A DNA stretch of 64,000 nucleotides from Penicillus capitatus (taxonomy: Eukaryota > Plantae > Chlorophyta): assembly GCA_965649825.1 (NCBI GenBank), contig OZ287697.1, positions 496,001 to 560,000 on the forward strand, written 5' to 3'. Under the pieces are notes generated by a model. It was given only the letters and a program-made list of their open reading frames with translations. It was not told where the DNA came from and ran no database searches. Below are positions 11,750 through 24,871 of this stretch, in pieces. The position numbers and the translations under genes were made by a program. Numbering within the stretch: the first letter of the stretch is position 1; each line of letters opens with the position of its first letter.

Positions 11750-13151
11750 GGCTACGGTTGTCGCGCGGAGGCGACGCGTTTGAACGAACTCACAGCGGAA
11801 GACTTACAGTTTTCAGAGCAAGGTGAAACAAGGTTCAGTTTGTCCATTAAATATCCGCATGGTGACGTGACCTCCCTATGCAGGTGACTCAGCACCGCTT
11901 CAGAACCAGAGAAAAAGGACCCTTAACGGGTCCACATGCCCAGTGACAAGACAGCCAGTGGCCCAAAGCAAGATGCACCCCTCCCGAACAAGACAGTCAC
12001 ATCGCCAGACCAAATCTTGGCGACAACGGCAGGCGACGTGACTGCTGCATATCCTGCACAACCCTTTTAAAAGCTCTTTCAGATCCTTAAGATGTTCAAG
12101 GCGGCTTCACCTGGAGACGGGCCATTCGAAGATGCTTGGTACTTCACAGTGCTGGAGCAGGGGTGGTAAAAACGCCACATGTGAAACGCCCGGCCGAGCA
12201 ACTGTTGGGAACGACTTGCCTGATGAGAATCGGATGATGTGCCCGGCCACGCGGTCGCCAAGCGCCCCGCGACGGACGAAGGAACTCAGCACGAGCAAAC
12301 GCGAATGCTACAGGTAGGTCCACACAGTCAGCTTTATACCCTCTGTACCCCGCGGACGGGCGTCACATCGCGAAGCTGCAACGTGTCCGACCCGTGGGGC
12401 GGAACTCGGTCAGAACTACGCGACATTGCCCGCCAGAGTTGTCTTCCTCATCTCACCCTCCTGGAAAAAAATGCGCTAATAAATCCATTGGGCACATCGG
12501 GTTCTGGAGGAAGTGTACCCGGAGACCCAATGGCTCCATCAGGTTCTGGAGCCGTCAGATATCGAAATCATCAATCCTCTTTCCTCATACTGGACACGCC
12601 AATCATCGAAGCATGTCAGTAATGATGATGATCTGATGTACAATATTGTTGCCTTCTCCATGTTCCAAAAAGATGAACAAGCAGATCCAGAAGAATTCAT
12701 TCGGCGGCAATCTTTCCCTCTGAATGCCTACAGCAATGCTCGAGACCTCAAGGATCAGCAGCCAGTTGACAATCCTGCTCAAGTGACCCAGCCAAGTACC
12801 CATCAGCGACCTCCAGACGATGCATGGACCGGCAAAATTTTCTTCCGTGAATGCGAAATTACTGGTGCCACAGCAGAATGCCCAATTTCATTACCTCCTC
12901 GACTCAAGATCAAATTAAGGGTACCTTTGACATCCGTTCTCAGAATGGTTGAAGACCCAAAAATCAAAGATTTCGAGCATCACTTCTTCTACATCACTCC
13001 CACTACGCCCAATCGCCTTTTTCATAAACGACTGAGCCATCTCAAAGAGCGTGAAGCCGCTGGTGTTGTGCATCTCCATGAATTCAACAGCACTCACTCT
13101 ATCTCGTTCCTGCTTCATTCACCGTATGCCTCTGGCTGGAGGCACGTGTAA
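11750..13151 (+). CDS. SPOC-domain protein (5' exon structure uncertain)
   Basis: AWTGKIFFRECEITG...LPPRLKIKLRVPL...FFYITPTTPNRLFHKRLSHLKEREAAGVVHL matches the SPOC pattern W-x-G...LP..L.I..R...F..L..YL.....AGV. Upstream exons are inferred. Confidence 0.6.
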
Positions 13152-13174
13152 TCTCAAATTTTTCCCTCTGTCTG

Positions 13175-13581
13175 TGACGGGTGACATTTGCCGCCTGCCA
13201 GGAGACACAGGAGCAGAACTTCGAAAAAGAAAGGCAACGGATCGAGAGCGGAGAGCCGCTCGAGGATGCCGAATCGGATCAGCCCGCCGTCAAATCGACC
13301 ATCCACGTGGCGGACAAGGAGACAGCGTCCGGTCTAGAAGGTGGGAAACGCAGGGACCCTCAGCCCCGTGATCGTAAGAGAATGCGTTCTAGACGATGAG
13401 GACATGGCCTTTCAGCCGGTCAGTGAACTGAACGACGAAATCCAGCAGGAAAGAGGAGGCCAGAATCCGTCCGACGACCGAGCGTCGCCTCCGGCCAAGA
13501 AGGCAAAGTACAGATTCCCTTGCCGCCAGTGCTCGATCGAGCCGTGATGTGTCTAGGCTCAACGACGAGGACGAAAAGTAA
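13175..13581 (+). pseudogene. Orphan duplicate of the pinin 3' exons
   Basis: ETQEQNFEKERQRIESGEPLEDAESDQPAVK...AKKAK is near-identical to the pinin C-terminus at 46512-46900, but no pinin 5' exons lie upstream. Homology starts inside a pinin intron. Confidence 0.75.
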
Positions 13582-16500
13582 GCACCGAAAGGGGCCACCC
13601 GGTGTGGGGACCGAGAAGGACTGCTTAGCGCACCTTCCCCTTTCTCACTCTTCTCTGCTGTTTTAGGAGGAGCTCGGAGGTAGAGGAGCAGAGGGAGTCG
13701 TCATCGTGATGCGATTCTCCTTAGCAACGAGGGAAGACGAAGAGAACGTTCTTTCTTAGAGAGCGAGCATGTTTGACAAGGAGATAGTCTCGTGGCACTG
13801 TTTAACAGCCAGAATGGATCCAAAAGAATGAAAGAACGCTTTCCCGAACAAATGAACAGAGTGACTCAAAATCTGAAAAGGCCTCACGAGGTGCGACTGT
13901 CATGTTGGAAGGAGTCATACATGTCTCGTTCAAACGGCGCGTGCATCTGCACCGTTCCCGTTGTCGAATCACCCTTCCAAGGGATGTCCGTTCTCTCTGA
14001 ATCGTGTGAATGACCTACAGCTGATTCAGCCATTGGATCTGATTCTTGATTCCAAGCTTCGACTTGGTGTTCGTCGTTCTGCTTTGCCCAGGAAGTTGTC
14101 ATAACCACTTCTCCCTTCTCGGTTGCATAAAAAACGTCAGATCGATTCTCTGGCTCTTGATAACTGCTGCTGGAAGTTCCCTGTACGACTTTGATTCTTT
14201 CTGTCCGAGATCCTCCTGTCAGACTGTGGACAGAAGAACCGTTGCCATGGTTATCGATCGACAGACTTGTCATTTCGTTCTCATTATTCATCTCATTCGA
14301 ACTGCTCGATCCATTCTCCACCCTTCCATTGCAGATATCTTTTCCGAACTGATGGCGTCCATGAATACTACCACTCATTGTCTCCTCATCACTGACCCCA
14401 GAAATAGAGCATCCTATTCTGGACTCATAGAACTGTACAGCTTGTTCTTCTAGATCCATCTGTTCTTTTCTCTTGAGGCTTTCCAAAATCTCTCTTTCGC
14501 TTGGACAAGGCAAGTCTCTTTTTCTGTAATAGAGTAGATAGGCATCCTGACTCACAACAGAATGTGCATCAATGGCCGTAACCCAGCTGTCATTGAACTT
14601 GTGCCATTTACCACCTGGAGATTTCACACAGCTGGTGTAGTGTCCCACTTTCGGTCCATCGCCCAAATGATGGCAAACACCATACAGGTCATAGATGGGA
14701 TTGTCCTCCAGCTGAGGTGCATAGTACTCACTTAGGTCCAAACCTTCGAGGGGAAACTCCACCAATTGTTTCAACTTGATCAGACGATCGAGGGCCTCGC
14801 AATAGTCAAAACGTTTCAGTCCGATCAACAAAATGTCGGGCGTTTTCCAGAGACGCATAGATTTGATGCCGTTGACCATTTTCTTGCACCCACCACACTT
14901 CCATAAATTGTCACCGTCCAGAGCACGGGGATGCGGCTTGAAATCGTGAGTCAAGCAATCATGAAGTGTGCAGCTCTCCAGCATCTTGCGACGTCTCTCT
15001 TCAACGCCTTCGGCGGTTTTGTCCAACAGCGGCTGCTCCAGTGTTCGGAGATTGTAGTGCTGTTCTGCATTGGTATCCCAATCAATGACAATGGTCCGTG
15101 CTTCGTCTGCCCGTGGCGTGTCGTTGGATTCGCACAAACTATAAGCTTCGGATGCTGCAGACGCAGCATTGAGTGGTAAGGAACGACTCGAGCTACAACT
15201 AGCCCCGAAGCCTGTATGATTCGATGCCAGCATCGTTGTTTCACGGGGACCGTCATTCACCCCTTCAAACAAATCGCCTATATACGGATCGAAGTCTTTG
15301 TGATCATCTTCTTCTGCTTCTTCCTCAACAGTCGACGAGGCTGGTAGAGGTCCAACTTGGGCCGAGCTTCCACCAGATCGCAGTGTTGCCATTTCCATTT
15401 CCATCGGTTTTCTTTGCTGACTTGGTTCCGCCATCTCCGTGTCGTTTTGTACCGCGCTGTGATCCTCGGGTGGCTCCTTCGCGTCAGGAACTGCTTCGTC
15501 GTGATAAGCGTCTTCCCCAACCTGATCGTTCGCAAACTCTTTCGGATCGAGGCTGTCCACTCTGTCACTGGAGGTGGATCCGTGGGCAGACACTGAAGAC
15601 GTTGCTTGTCCAGGCATCTGATCATTTCCAGATTCCTCACATTCCATGGCATCATGCTCGGTGGACAAGTACAGAGACTCTCGTTTGTGGTCTTTCTGTT
15701 CCTCTCCTTCTTGCAGGGCAGCCATATGTGGACGCTTGAAGGGACGTAAAGAGTTCTCCAAGATATCTAGAACACATCCGTTTCGTGTAAATATCCAAAG
15801 CAAATGGCAGGCAGGCCAGGTGACACACCTAGGTTACCTTGGAATGTGCGCTTCTTTGTGGAGAATGACCAATCGTCTGCGTCGTCGTGAGGTAGCCACA
15901 GGACAAGAGGATATCCAAATTCCCGTTTCTCCTCGTGACGTGGGTGAAGAGAGTAGCAGCAAGAGGTGTAGTACGGAACGTGGAAATTCTTCTGGTGAAT
16001 GAAGCACGTCTTCTGGCCACCAGATGTCGGCCCATACTCACATCCTGTGTAGGAATAGAGCAACAACTTGTCGTGCACACTAAACAACCAAGCATGTGAG
16101 GGCACAAAGCTCATCGGCACGTATGTTGTCATACTTTATACGCTCCAGCGGGTCTGAAGGTTGAAGAAAAACCAGCTTTCTTCTGTTCAATACGAAGCAG
16201 AGATGCTCCCAAGGCCTGTCTTCCCTGCAATCGATCAGTTTTGCCGCTTCGTGATAGAGGTCTTCCACCGAGATGTTTGAAGATAACTCCAAAGCATACT
16301 TCTTTGGTGGCTGATTCCCACAGACTTCGATCAGTGTAAAGACGATGATGCGCATGCTTGGAGGGGGCAGACCCACTTGCAGCACTGTGAAAGAATCAAA
16401 CCTGCGCGATTTGAAGTCGCAGTTTGGACACTCTGTCAGAATACGATACTGTCCGTGAAACTTGTCCGTTATAAAAGAATTCGACCGGTCCCTGAATCGC

Positions 16501-17430
16501 ACACATTCTCACTCAAACCAACGGTCATCCGAAGACTCACGCGTGATAGGTCCAACATTCATCAGCCATCTCTATATCAGATTTGCTGGCATCTTCCTTA
16601 ATCTGTTAACAGGGTAAGAGAAAGGAGAGTAGAGGGATAGATGACCTCTTTGTAATAAGGTTTTGGTATCGTTGCTTTGTTACAGTCTTCCATCAGTCCA
16701 TCTAGTACCGTCTCTGCCAATTCCGCCGTATCATGCTGATCTTTTTCAGCAAAGAGTTCGTAGTACTCAGACAGCACCATCCAAAACGAGTATGGATTCG
16801 TCTGGTCTTGATCGGTCTAACAGCCACACCCTTATGACTGTCCGTCGCCGCCTGTCTTACCAGCCAGATGTTGCGCATGAGTTGGTAGAAAGCGTCTGCA
16901 AATTTTCCCGCACAACCGTCTGGATTTCTCTTGGCGATATCGTTCTTGTATTTCTCCGTGAGAAAGTAGTGCATCAACTCAGGCGTATGCAACAGACATT
17001 GCAGACTCGAATTCATATAGCAGGTGTTTCCAATATTCATCAGTCCCACCTTGCCAGAATGCCTCCCCAGTCCACTCTACAGATGCACACCTAATCAGCC
17101 TCACAACAGCTGATGGACATCGACGACGACGGACATAAGGAATGAGACAGAATACAGCACGGTTCTCAATTTGCAATTCGGCAAGCGTTCTCTGGTCGCG
17201 TGCCACATAAGACATTCTCCCAACGGGATCGAACAGGTACGGAGTGGAACGCTGAAATGGCAGATCTCGATAAACACGTTGCAGCACTTCATCCATGGTC
17301 GTCTGCATTCCAAAAAGTCCTTTGACTGCTGCTTACGTAAAGATCCGTCATACCGTTATCGGGAAGAGGTGTTTGGTGATGGTGTTCTTGTTAGCGTAGC
17401 GCCGTCGACTGTAGACTTGCAGTTCAATGG
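13175..17430. repeat. Left arm of a large inverted duplication (partner 43140-46918)
   Basis: 13175-13930 is highly similar to the reverse complement of 46918-46170. USP exons and introns align through to about 17430/43140. Confidence 0.92.
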
Positions 17431-17893
17431 TCGCAGCTTCGGGCTCTTCGTTCGAAACCCCATACCAACGCTCAAGGCGTTCCCATACAGCCCGACAGAT
17501 CGGTTTACAGTCGCCATCGTCATCCTCGTCCTCACTCCACCGTTCGACGGGTCCTGGATGCTGAGGTGTCTCGGACGTCATATCCTCTGTGTCAATGTGG
17601 TCGTCGACATCGTCGTGTTCGAGGAAGCCGACGTAGCGAGTCCACTTCACCCACCAACTAAACAGCGCCTGTTGCTGGAAAAGGAAAAGCGACAGAGCGA
17701 CGCACCTCTTGCGAACGTAGCATTGTTCGCTGTCAGTTTTGTCCATGTTTTGAAGGAGTTCGTGAATTTCTCTGGCTTCATTGTCGCGCCGAACGGTCGA
17801 CGTCGTGACGCTGCTCTCGGCAGACGTTGAAGAAAAACCGCGACGCCCACGCGTCGACCCTAGGTGCGAGGATTGCTCAGGACTGTGCACCAT
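13884..17893 (-). CDS. Ubiquitin carboxyl-terminal hydrolase, USP4/11/15-like (plant UBP5/8/9/10/11 group), with DUSP domain
   Basis: DUSP (WWVKWTRYV...PGPVE...AVWERLERWYG), Cys box GLMNIGNTCYMNSSLQCL, QHD, CPNC and CGGC zinc knuckles, His box YDLYGVCHHLG...GHYTS...WHKFNDS. Confidence 0.93.
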
Positions 17894-18098
17894 CCTTGAG
17901 AGAAAGACAGCGAAAGGCAACGCGCGTAATCGAAGTGGGACGCAAAATTCCAAGCGGATACGATGCGACAGACACGAGACGTCCCATCATTCCCGACCCA
18001 CCACTAGACAACATGACGGCCCATCATCAAAATGTCCCCAATCTCCTGCTCCCCAACATGTATCTCGTCTAGAGATATAAAAAGAGTGAGAAACGGCA

Positions 18099-18787
18099 TT
18101 ATGCAGTGAGAAATGGATGACTCTTGAAGAGTGTGACAAGAGAGCTGAGATCCGATGTCGCATCATAGGACAGCGCTTTCCAGATCTCGCACTTGATGCG
18201 CATCTCCTGCCGAAACTTGGATCTGCTAGTCAAGGAATAAGACTGCTCAATGTGGAGAACGGTGTTTGGTGCACCTGACAGTGACCAAACCATTATGCCG
18301 GTGCAACAGAACAGTCATCGGGATCTTTGCGTTTTCAGATGCCTGAACGCATCTCTCCAACTGTTGTACGGTATCATGAAAGATCTTCCTGTCACATCAT
18401 ACATTGTCCACAGAGGAGGAAAGCCACTTCTAACTCAGTACATGCAATCACGAAACAATCCAAAGAGCATCTCACATTTCTTGGTTTGACAGGCAGTGAG
18501 CGTCTCTTTGTCGATCACGACAGCACGAACCTGTGCCTTTTGCACCGTCTAAAAGTAGAGGTCCTGTCACGTCAACATCGAGACTTGTTCAGACCTCCAA
18601 TCCGTCGACGTTCCGCAGCACGTCATCGAGAATTCGGCATGCTTCGGACTAGATCCAAAGACGGACACGATTCCGTCGCTTCTTCACAGCTTCCCACCTG
18701 AGTCTCACGCCACTGCAGCACAGCGTCCGACGCCCTGTCGTAGAGTCTTTGCATTCGAGAGTAGATGTTCGTCATGTTGGCGATCAT
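18099..18787 (-). CDS. Uncharacterised protein of about 165 aa (weak resemblance to the C1orf109/AIRIM family)
   Basis: Four GT-AG introns (46-53 nt) join five exons in frame: MIANMTNIYSRMQRLYDRASDAVLQWRETQ/SEACRILDDVLRNVDGLE/TVQKAQ...DCM/KIFHDTVQQLERC...VTVS/RSKFRQEMRIKCEIWKALSYDATSDLSSLVTLFKSHPFLTA*. The family call is a guess. Confidence 0.65.
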
Positions 18788-19194
18788 GAGCGATCCAACA
18801 GATCACCTACGTCACGACACCCGTCAAATGTCACGTCGCCAGACAGCCACGTCGACCGTTCGCCTTCTTTTTTCGTCCAGAGAACACAAGGCCTCGATTC
18901 ACCAAGGCGTTTCACCCGTCGCTCTAGTCTGACGAATCCGAAGCTCATCTGATGGATAGTCTGATCGGCCAGGAGTTCCGTTATGCGTTGGAGTCTCGCC
19001 TTCCACACGATTTGAGCACCGTCCGTCTGCAAAGAGGTACTCCAACGGTTCGCCCTTTGTCGCGTCGCGTCGGCGGTTTCGTCTGCTTTCCCTACTTGTT
19101 CAGCGGTGCGGGACCACTTCGTGCGTTTCTCACATTGCTTTTCACTCAGCGCACGCGTGTTCGTTTGTTCGTGACATCAGTTTGAGAGGAGACC

Positions 19195-20391
19195 ATGTTT
19201 TCGACCGGCGCAGCAACTGGACCTAATCTCTATGCGGCTTTTCCTTCAGGTGCCGGAGGCAATGTCTTGCCACCAATGCGTCGTCTGGACTACACGCATG
19301 ACGTTCCCCCTCTGGGCTGCAACCCTGACGCCATGAAACTGTTTGTGGGGAACATTCCGAAGACATATACAGCTGATAGCCTCCGCCCTCTCTTCGAGGC
19401 CATTGGCACCGTCGTGGAACTAGTGGTGGTGCGTGACAAATTGACGGACGAGTCGAAGGGAAGTGCGTTTGTTTGGTATCAAACACGTGCCGAGGCGGAA
19501 CGAGCTATCGCTGAATTACACCTACGCCGCGTCTTGCAGGATCCGACGGGGGAACAAGATCGTCCCCTCGTCGTGCGACGAGCAAATCCCAAGGTGGCCC
19601 CCGTCCTCATGTCATCTCCTATCATGCCGAGTCCGCCGGCATACCAATCCATGGCGGATACGGATTTGCCTGCGCATCTGCAAGGTGCTTCTTTCTTTCA
19701 ACCGCCGCGAACCAGCATAGATGCGGCAGCGCATCTCAGTCAGCATAGCAATGCAGCATCCCAAGTCAGTCAAATGCAAATGATGCAAGACCAGTTCGGG
19801 TCATTGGGCTTAAACACGACACCCCTCTCTGCACCTGGGACAACATTACCAGATACAGAGCAACTTTTGAGCAGAATCGCAGCTAAGAATGCCAATTTCG
19901 GTCAGTTTTTGGATCAGACGAGTCATTGTTCACTGCTGGGACAGACGACACCACCAGCAGGTATGCCAATCACTCTGCCACAAGACATGCTTATGAACAT
20001 GCTCGCTGTGTGCTGTTTAGTGTTCCCATCTCTCTCTAGTGGTCATCCAAGTGCTCCAAGGGGTAATGATTTGTCGACCATTCTTCATTCCACATTAAAT
20101 CAGACTCTTCAACAAACCGGGGGAAACGCTGCTGCCACAACGAATAGCAATGGTACTGGTGGAAACATGGGGTTTGGCCAAATGACGCTGGCACTTCATG
20201 TGAGCCGAGCCCACGTCGCACTGGTGGCCACCAATTTACACACCATCCAAGGGAACACAGGAGCAATGGTTCAACTGACGCCCGGTTCTGGTGATGGATA
20301 CGTGTTACTTCTTTCTGGCAATGACTCAAACCTGGATGCGGCCAAGACGCTGGTGCACGAGCTCGTAGCACAGTCTCCCCCCTCTGTTTGA
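19195..20391 (+). CDS. RNA-binding protein: CELF/FCA-like RRM plus a C-terminal KH-like segment, intronless
   Basis: RNP2 KLFVGNIP, RNP1 KGSAFVWY, RPLVVRRA. C-terminal LHTIQGNTGAMVQL...LLLSGNDSNLDAAKTLV is KH-like. Confidence 0.85.
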   Translation: MFSTGAATGPNLYAAFPSGAGGNVLPPMRRLDYTHDVPPLGCNPDAMKLFVGNIPKTYTADSLRPLFEAIGTVVELVVVRDKLTDESKGSAFVWYQTRAEAERAIAELHLRRVLQDPTGEQDRPLVVRRANPKVAPVLMSSPIMPSPPAYQSMADTDLPAHLQGASFFQPPRTSIDAAAHLSQHSNAASQVSQMQMMQDQFGSLGLNTTPLSAPGTTLPDTEQLLSRIAAKNANFGQFLDQTSHCSLLGQTTPPAGMPITLPQDMLMNMLAVCCLVFPSLSSGHPSAPRGNDLSTILHSTLNQTLQQTGGNAAATTNSNGTGGNMGFGQMTLALHVSRAHVALVATNLHTIQGNTGAMVQLTPGSGDGYVLLLSGNDSNLDAAKTLVHELVAQSPPSV

Positions 20392-21191
20392 TTGCTGATT
20401 CCTTTGTCCACAGAAATCTTTTCTATCTTGTCGTTCGTTCGTTCGTTCGTTTGTTCGTTCTTCCTTGTTGTTGTTGTGACTGGCAGTCCACTCTCCTTAC
20501 ATTAGATGATCCTTATGTGCTCATGCATGTCTTATTTTCTAGCGTGCTATCATATGTCCATGTTTTTTGTTCTTCCCTGTGGCTGTGTTGTCGCTGTACT
20601 TTTATCCCTGCGATAAAGAAGCACTGGTGGTGTGTTTCTCTGATCTGGGTAGGTGAATGCCAATAATCACATAGAGAATCGGTTGACGGCTCTCGCCTAC
20701 CAACTTGTCTAATAACCAAGTCTTGACAGTAAGTGAGTGAGTGGGCTTCCGAAAGAACTGCTTTCGTCCTCTTGATTCTTGTATGGTGAAAATGAACCAA
20801 CCCACTCTATACCGACACTCCGTGGCATGATGGTTTCACCAATATCTTATATCGCCTTTGTGATGCTGGCCACGGATCAGTAAGGAGGAGTTGTCACACG
20901 AGAGCCAACTCCTCTGGAGTTCGTTTTTTCACTACACGGTGTAAATGTGTCGAGACATCTGAACGGCATTATCAGATGGGGATTAGAAAAAATATTCCAT
21001 GCAAATGAGTGCAGCAGAACATTTCAGTACTCACCTCATTGTGTCATGGATGATGTTATGTTTGTGCATCCTTCGAAGATACGAATAACTTTTGTGTGTG
21101 GACATGTGCGTTTGGCGTTTTTCTGGAATAGATCGATTGGTTGGTCTCTTCGAAACCTCATGTGTGCGTTCATGTGCAAGATCTGTGGATG

Positions 21192-24100
21192 TTACTGAAA
21201 AAGCTGGTAGACATTCTTCAAGTGTGGCATCACAGACTGAACATGTTGGAAAGCAGTGTGATTTATCTGACCGGCATAGAGCGCGTCGTAAAACATCTTC
21301 AAAAAACACAGGCGATCGCTGTGGGGAATACTCCCATGATCATCTCCTCCTTCCAAACACAGAACAGCTGAGGCGCCCGATCGGAGAAAACTCTGAACGA
21401 GATCATCCGACAGATGTCGCGTCGAACTGATCACGGCACTCTTGATGAGCGCGTGAAGACTGGGAATGTCGCGCGGTCTCACGATCTCATCCGGATCTGA
21501 TCTCGCAAAGAGATGCAGAGATGCAGGTACAGGATAGTGAAATTCCTGTTGTGCCATCCACTGACAGTAACCGTCACCATAACGGAACAATGCCCGATGC
21601 TTTAGCGCTTCGGCCAGAGAAATGTCTTCCTCCACCCCAAGGTTCGATTTTAGCGTCGCCGCTTCGGGACCTGATGGCAAAGATGCCTGTGGTGCTCGAA
21701 CAATAGTATTGGGGCGTACTTGGATCGATGACCGACCAGAGCTTCGTAGACCATCGGAGGATGAGTTGACTGTTGTCTTTTGTTGTCTCCATGTCCAGGT
21801 GCACAGCTCCCATCTGTCCTGCAATTCTATTTGAAACTGCCTGCAAAAACGCCTTCCCTGTAGAACAGCAACATTCCCACTCTGTATCGCAAACACACAA
21901 ATGGAGGACCTTGTACAGCTGGAGCAGCAGCGAGAGAGGAGAGACGGAAATCTTTACAACAGGCCTCGTGAGATAAGACGTGCCCTTGGTGCACATCGAC
22001 TGTCCCTGCACTGTAGTCCAAGAAATGTAGTGGATGGCACGTCTGCTCTTCATCTCCTGATTCTCTGAGTGCCCTCACGATCACCAGTGGACGTTGCTCT
22101 CTCCATAAGGAACCGTTGGAAATGGGCGCTATGGTCTGATAGGTGTCTTTTCGAGCCATCAGAATTTCTGCAGCTTTGGCAAAGAGGGATGCATTTTTCT
22201 CGATGTAATCCATCGTAGCCGCTTCCAAGCTGCTCCATTTCTCGGCATCCAAGTCATCCAAGGCCAAATCGCATCGCTTGTCCACAGGATTGAAACGAAA
22301 GTAATTCATTTCTGGCAGCATCGTTGTCATCAGAGACATCGCCTCGTGCGTGCGTTCAACGCTGCAGGAGCTCTCTATCAATACACTGCCATTCTCGATG
22401 AAAGAGGCACTCGATTTCTCCCGTTGAGCCGCAGGAACCGCCCCCAGACCGACAGAGATCACACAGTCAATGTCCTTCTCTGGCCACAGAAGCTTCGCCT
22501 GTTGGACAGCCAATGCTGTTGGATTGTTCGCTGTGGTCGCACCATCCTGAAAATGCAGACCGTCTAATTTGAAATCCTCAAAGAAATATGGCGCCGCCGA
22601 TGAGGCACGGACGCCTTGCCAGAGATGAAACTTTGAGCTTCCCAGCGACGAATCGGCTCGCATCTTTGCCGATGTCTTCTCGACAGAGAATTCATAATTC
22701 CGAAACAGAAACGGCATGGCTGGGATGATGCTGGTCAGCGTAGAGGCGGCAAAGACCTTTGGCCCTCCCAGCACAGCTGAGTCAATATAGAGAGGCCCCG
22801 TTGCCTTTTCTTCTAAGGAACGGCACATCTCTTGCAGCAACAGCTCAAACGTCGACGCATCGTGTTTGCAACCAGCCATCACAACACGCAGTCCTTGTTG
22901 GCCACTTCTGTACATACGGATTAAACTGTCCTTCCATCCAGTCTGCTCCTCCTGGTGCGCCTGATTGAAGACACGGTGGCCCAGTTTCTTATAGATCTCA
23001 TCGCATTGCTGCAGAGAGTACTTCAGAATGCCGAGCGATACAGCCAACATGGCGCCGGATGAGGTACCGCCGATGAGATCAAAAAGATCCCAGATACGAC
23101 GGCCCGTTCTGTTTTCCAGTTCTTGCAACATCTTCACCGCGGCGAGTCCTTTCATACCACCTCCATCGATTGCCAGAATCCGAATGCCTCGATTCTCTCG
23201 AGGCGGTCTGCCAAGAATAGCATCGACGGCATCGTGTTCGCCCAAGACAGACAGACAACGACAGGCCAAGAGACGACTGCGCCGATCGACACTGGGAGAG
23301 TTGCTGCTGGCCAGATCCTTGAGTGAGGTCTTCACATCTGTTACGGAAAGCAACACATGTCTATTCTCCATAGCGAAGGCGAGATTGCCCAGCGTCTCGA
23401 GAGCGCGATGCCGGACGCTTGTCTTGATAGAAGGGTCGATGAAGGATCGCAGCTTCTTCACGAGTGCCGGAGTGAGCAGCGTCACGGCAATCCCATCAGA
23501 CGTCATCGCCAATACGGACAGAGCCTTGAGTGCATAGGTCTTCGTTTCCGGCCTATCCGATTCCAAGACGGTCAGCAGCGCGTCCAAGATGCCGTTCCTG
23601 ACCAGCGTTTCCGCCGTGGAGACAGAATGGACGATCAGCCCTATCACTCTTGCCGTCTGTTCCTGTACGACGCTCTGAGGACTGAGCACCATGAGAATGA
23701 GTTGCTGCAGCGGAGCACCCGGCTGTTCCAGAATCGCATCACAGTTGATTCGGAACTCAGCCAATCGACCAAGAGCGCCAACCATGAGTGGATGCTGACT
23801 GGAGCTGCGACTGAAGAGAACAGAGAAGAGTGGATTGAGCTTTGTACCGCAGGCCAATGCCGTTGTCCCTTCAATCGTCACTTCAAACTGTGAGTAGGAG
23901 CTGTCCGACCACACACGCAGATTCATAAGCGACAGCGACCGCAGCTCGTGGCAGACAGAGAGCTCCGGAATGTACTTCAGCGGATTTCCATACAGCTGAA
24001 GCGAATGCAGTTTGGGAAACTTTCGCAGATCCAAGACCACCGTCGAGATGCAATTGAACTCCAAATTGAGATCTTGAAGATGACAGCAATCACACAAATC

Positions 24101-24778
24101 CGCTGCAAGGCCATGCGTATGCTTCTCTCTTCACAGGAGCGTTGTTTTCTTACTTGGAATGGCAACGAGTTGATTATGATCGGCCACAAAGACTTCCAGA
24201 TGTTTCAGGTCGCCCAGTTCACGTGGGAGTACCGTGAGGCGATTGTGTGAGAGTCTCAGTTCACGCAGCAGTGCGTAATTGCCCAGAGAGGAAGGTAATG
24301 CCACGATTCCAGCATTGACGAGATGCAGCTGCTCTAGGGACTGCCATTGCTGCAGAGGGACAACGGCAGGGAGGAAGAACGGAAATCCTTCGTAGCACTG
24401 TACACGCGTCACTGTCGTGAGATCCAAATGGCCGAGCGCCTTCAGAATGTAACGTTCATCGCATGGACTGTTGCCATGGACTCTGGAAAAGGTGAGGCTC
24501 TGTAGAATGGGCTGTTCTGTGTGGACGTCAATTTCGACGGCCACTTGTTGAGGTGTCGTTATCTGTAGACGCACTTCGCATCGTTCGCAGAAGGACGATG
24601 CATGGAAATCGCGAAACGACGCTTCGAGTTTTTCGCGCAGGGCGTTCCATGGCTCCGCTCCATCCCAAGCCACTTCCACCGCAGCGCATTTCTCGCCGTC
24701 TTCTTTCGCCTGAAACTCAAGGTCGAGGCGAAAAGTCGACGGCGGTCCGGTGAGGAAGAGCGAAAAAGAAGATGTCAT
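21192..24778 (-). CDS. PLA1: Phospholipase A I (LRR + ARM + patatin; AtPLAI-like)
   Basis: LRRs, then ARM repeats, then patatin motifs IRILAIDGGGMKG, GGTSSG, VRASSAAPYFF and FQDGATTANNP. Confidence 0.92.
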
Positions 24779-24871
24779 GTTTTGGAGATGACGTTGCGTT
24801 TCCGCAGCTGAACATCGTTTTCGCAGCTTTTCCCATTGGAGGCGATTCCGAGCCCAGTGATCCTTCCATTC

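Noticed and set aside
20820-20930. Two hairpins in the convergent RRM/PLA-I intergenic region (CCGTGGC...GCCACGG enclosing ATGATG...TGATG; GAGGAGTTG...CAACTCCTC) followed by a T run. Considered as C/D snoRNA, SECIS, H/ACA RNA or U5.
   Set aside because: No CTGA D box, SECIS helix II does not pair, no ANANNA hinge, and the U5 loop stem is absent. Left as possible 3' UTR structure.
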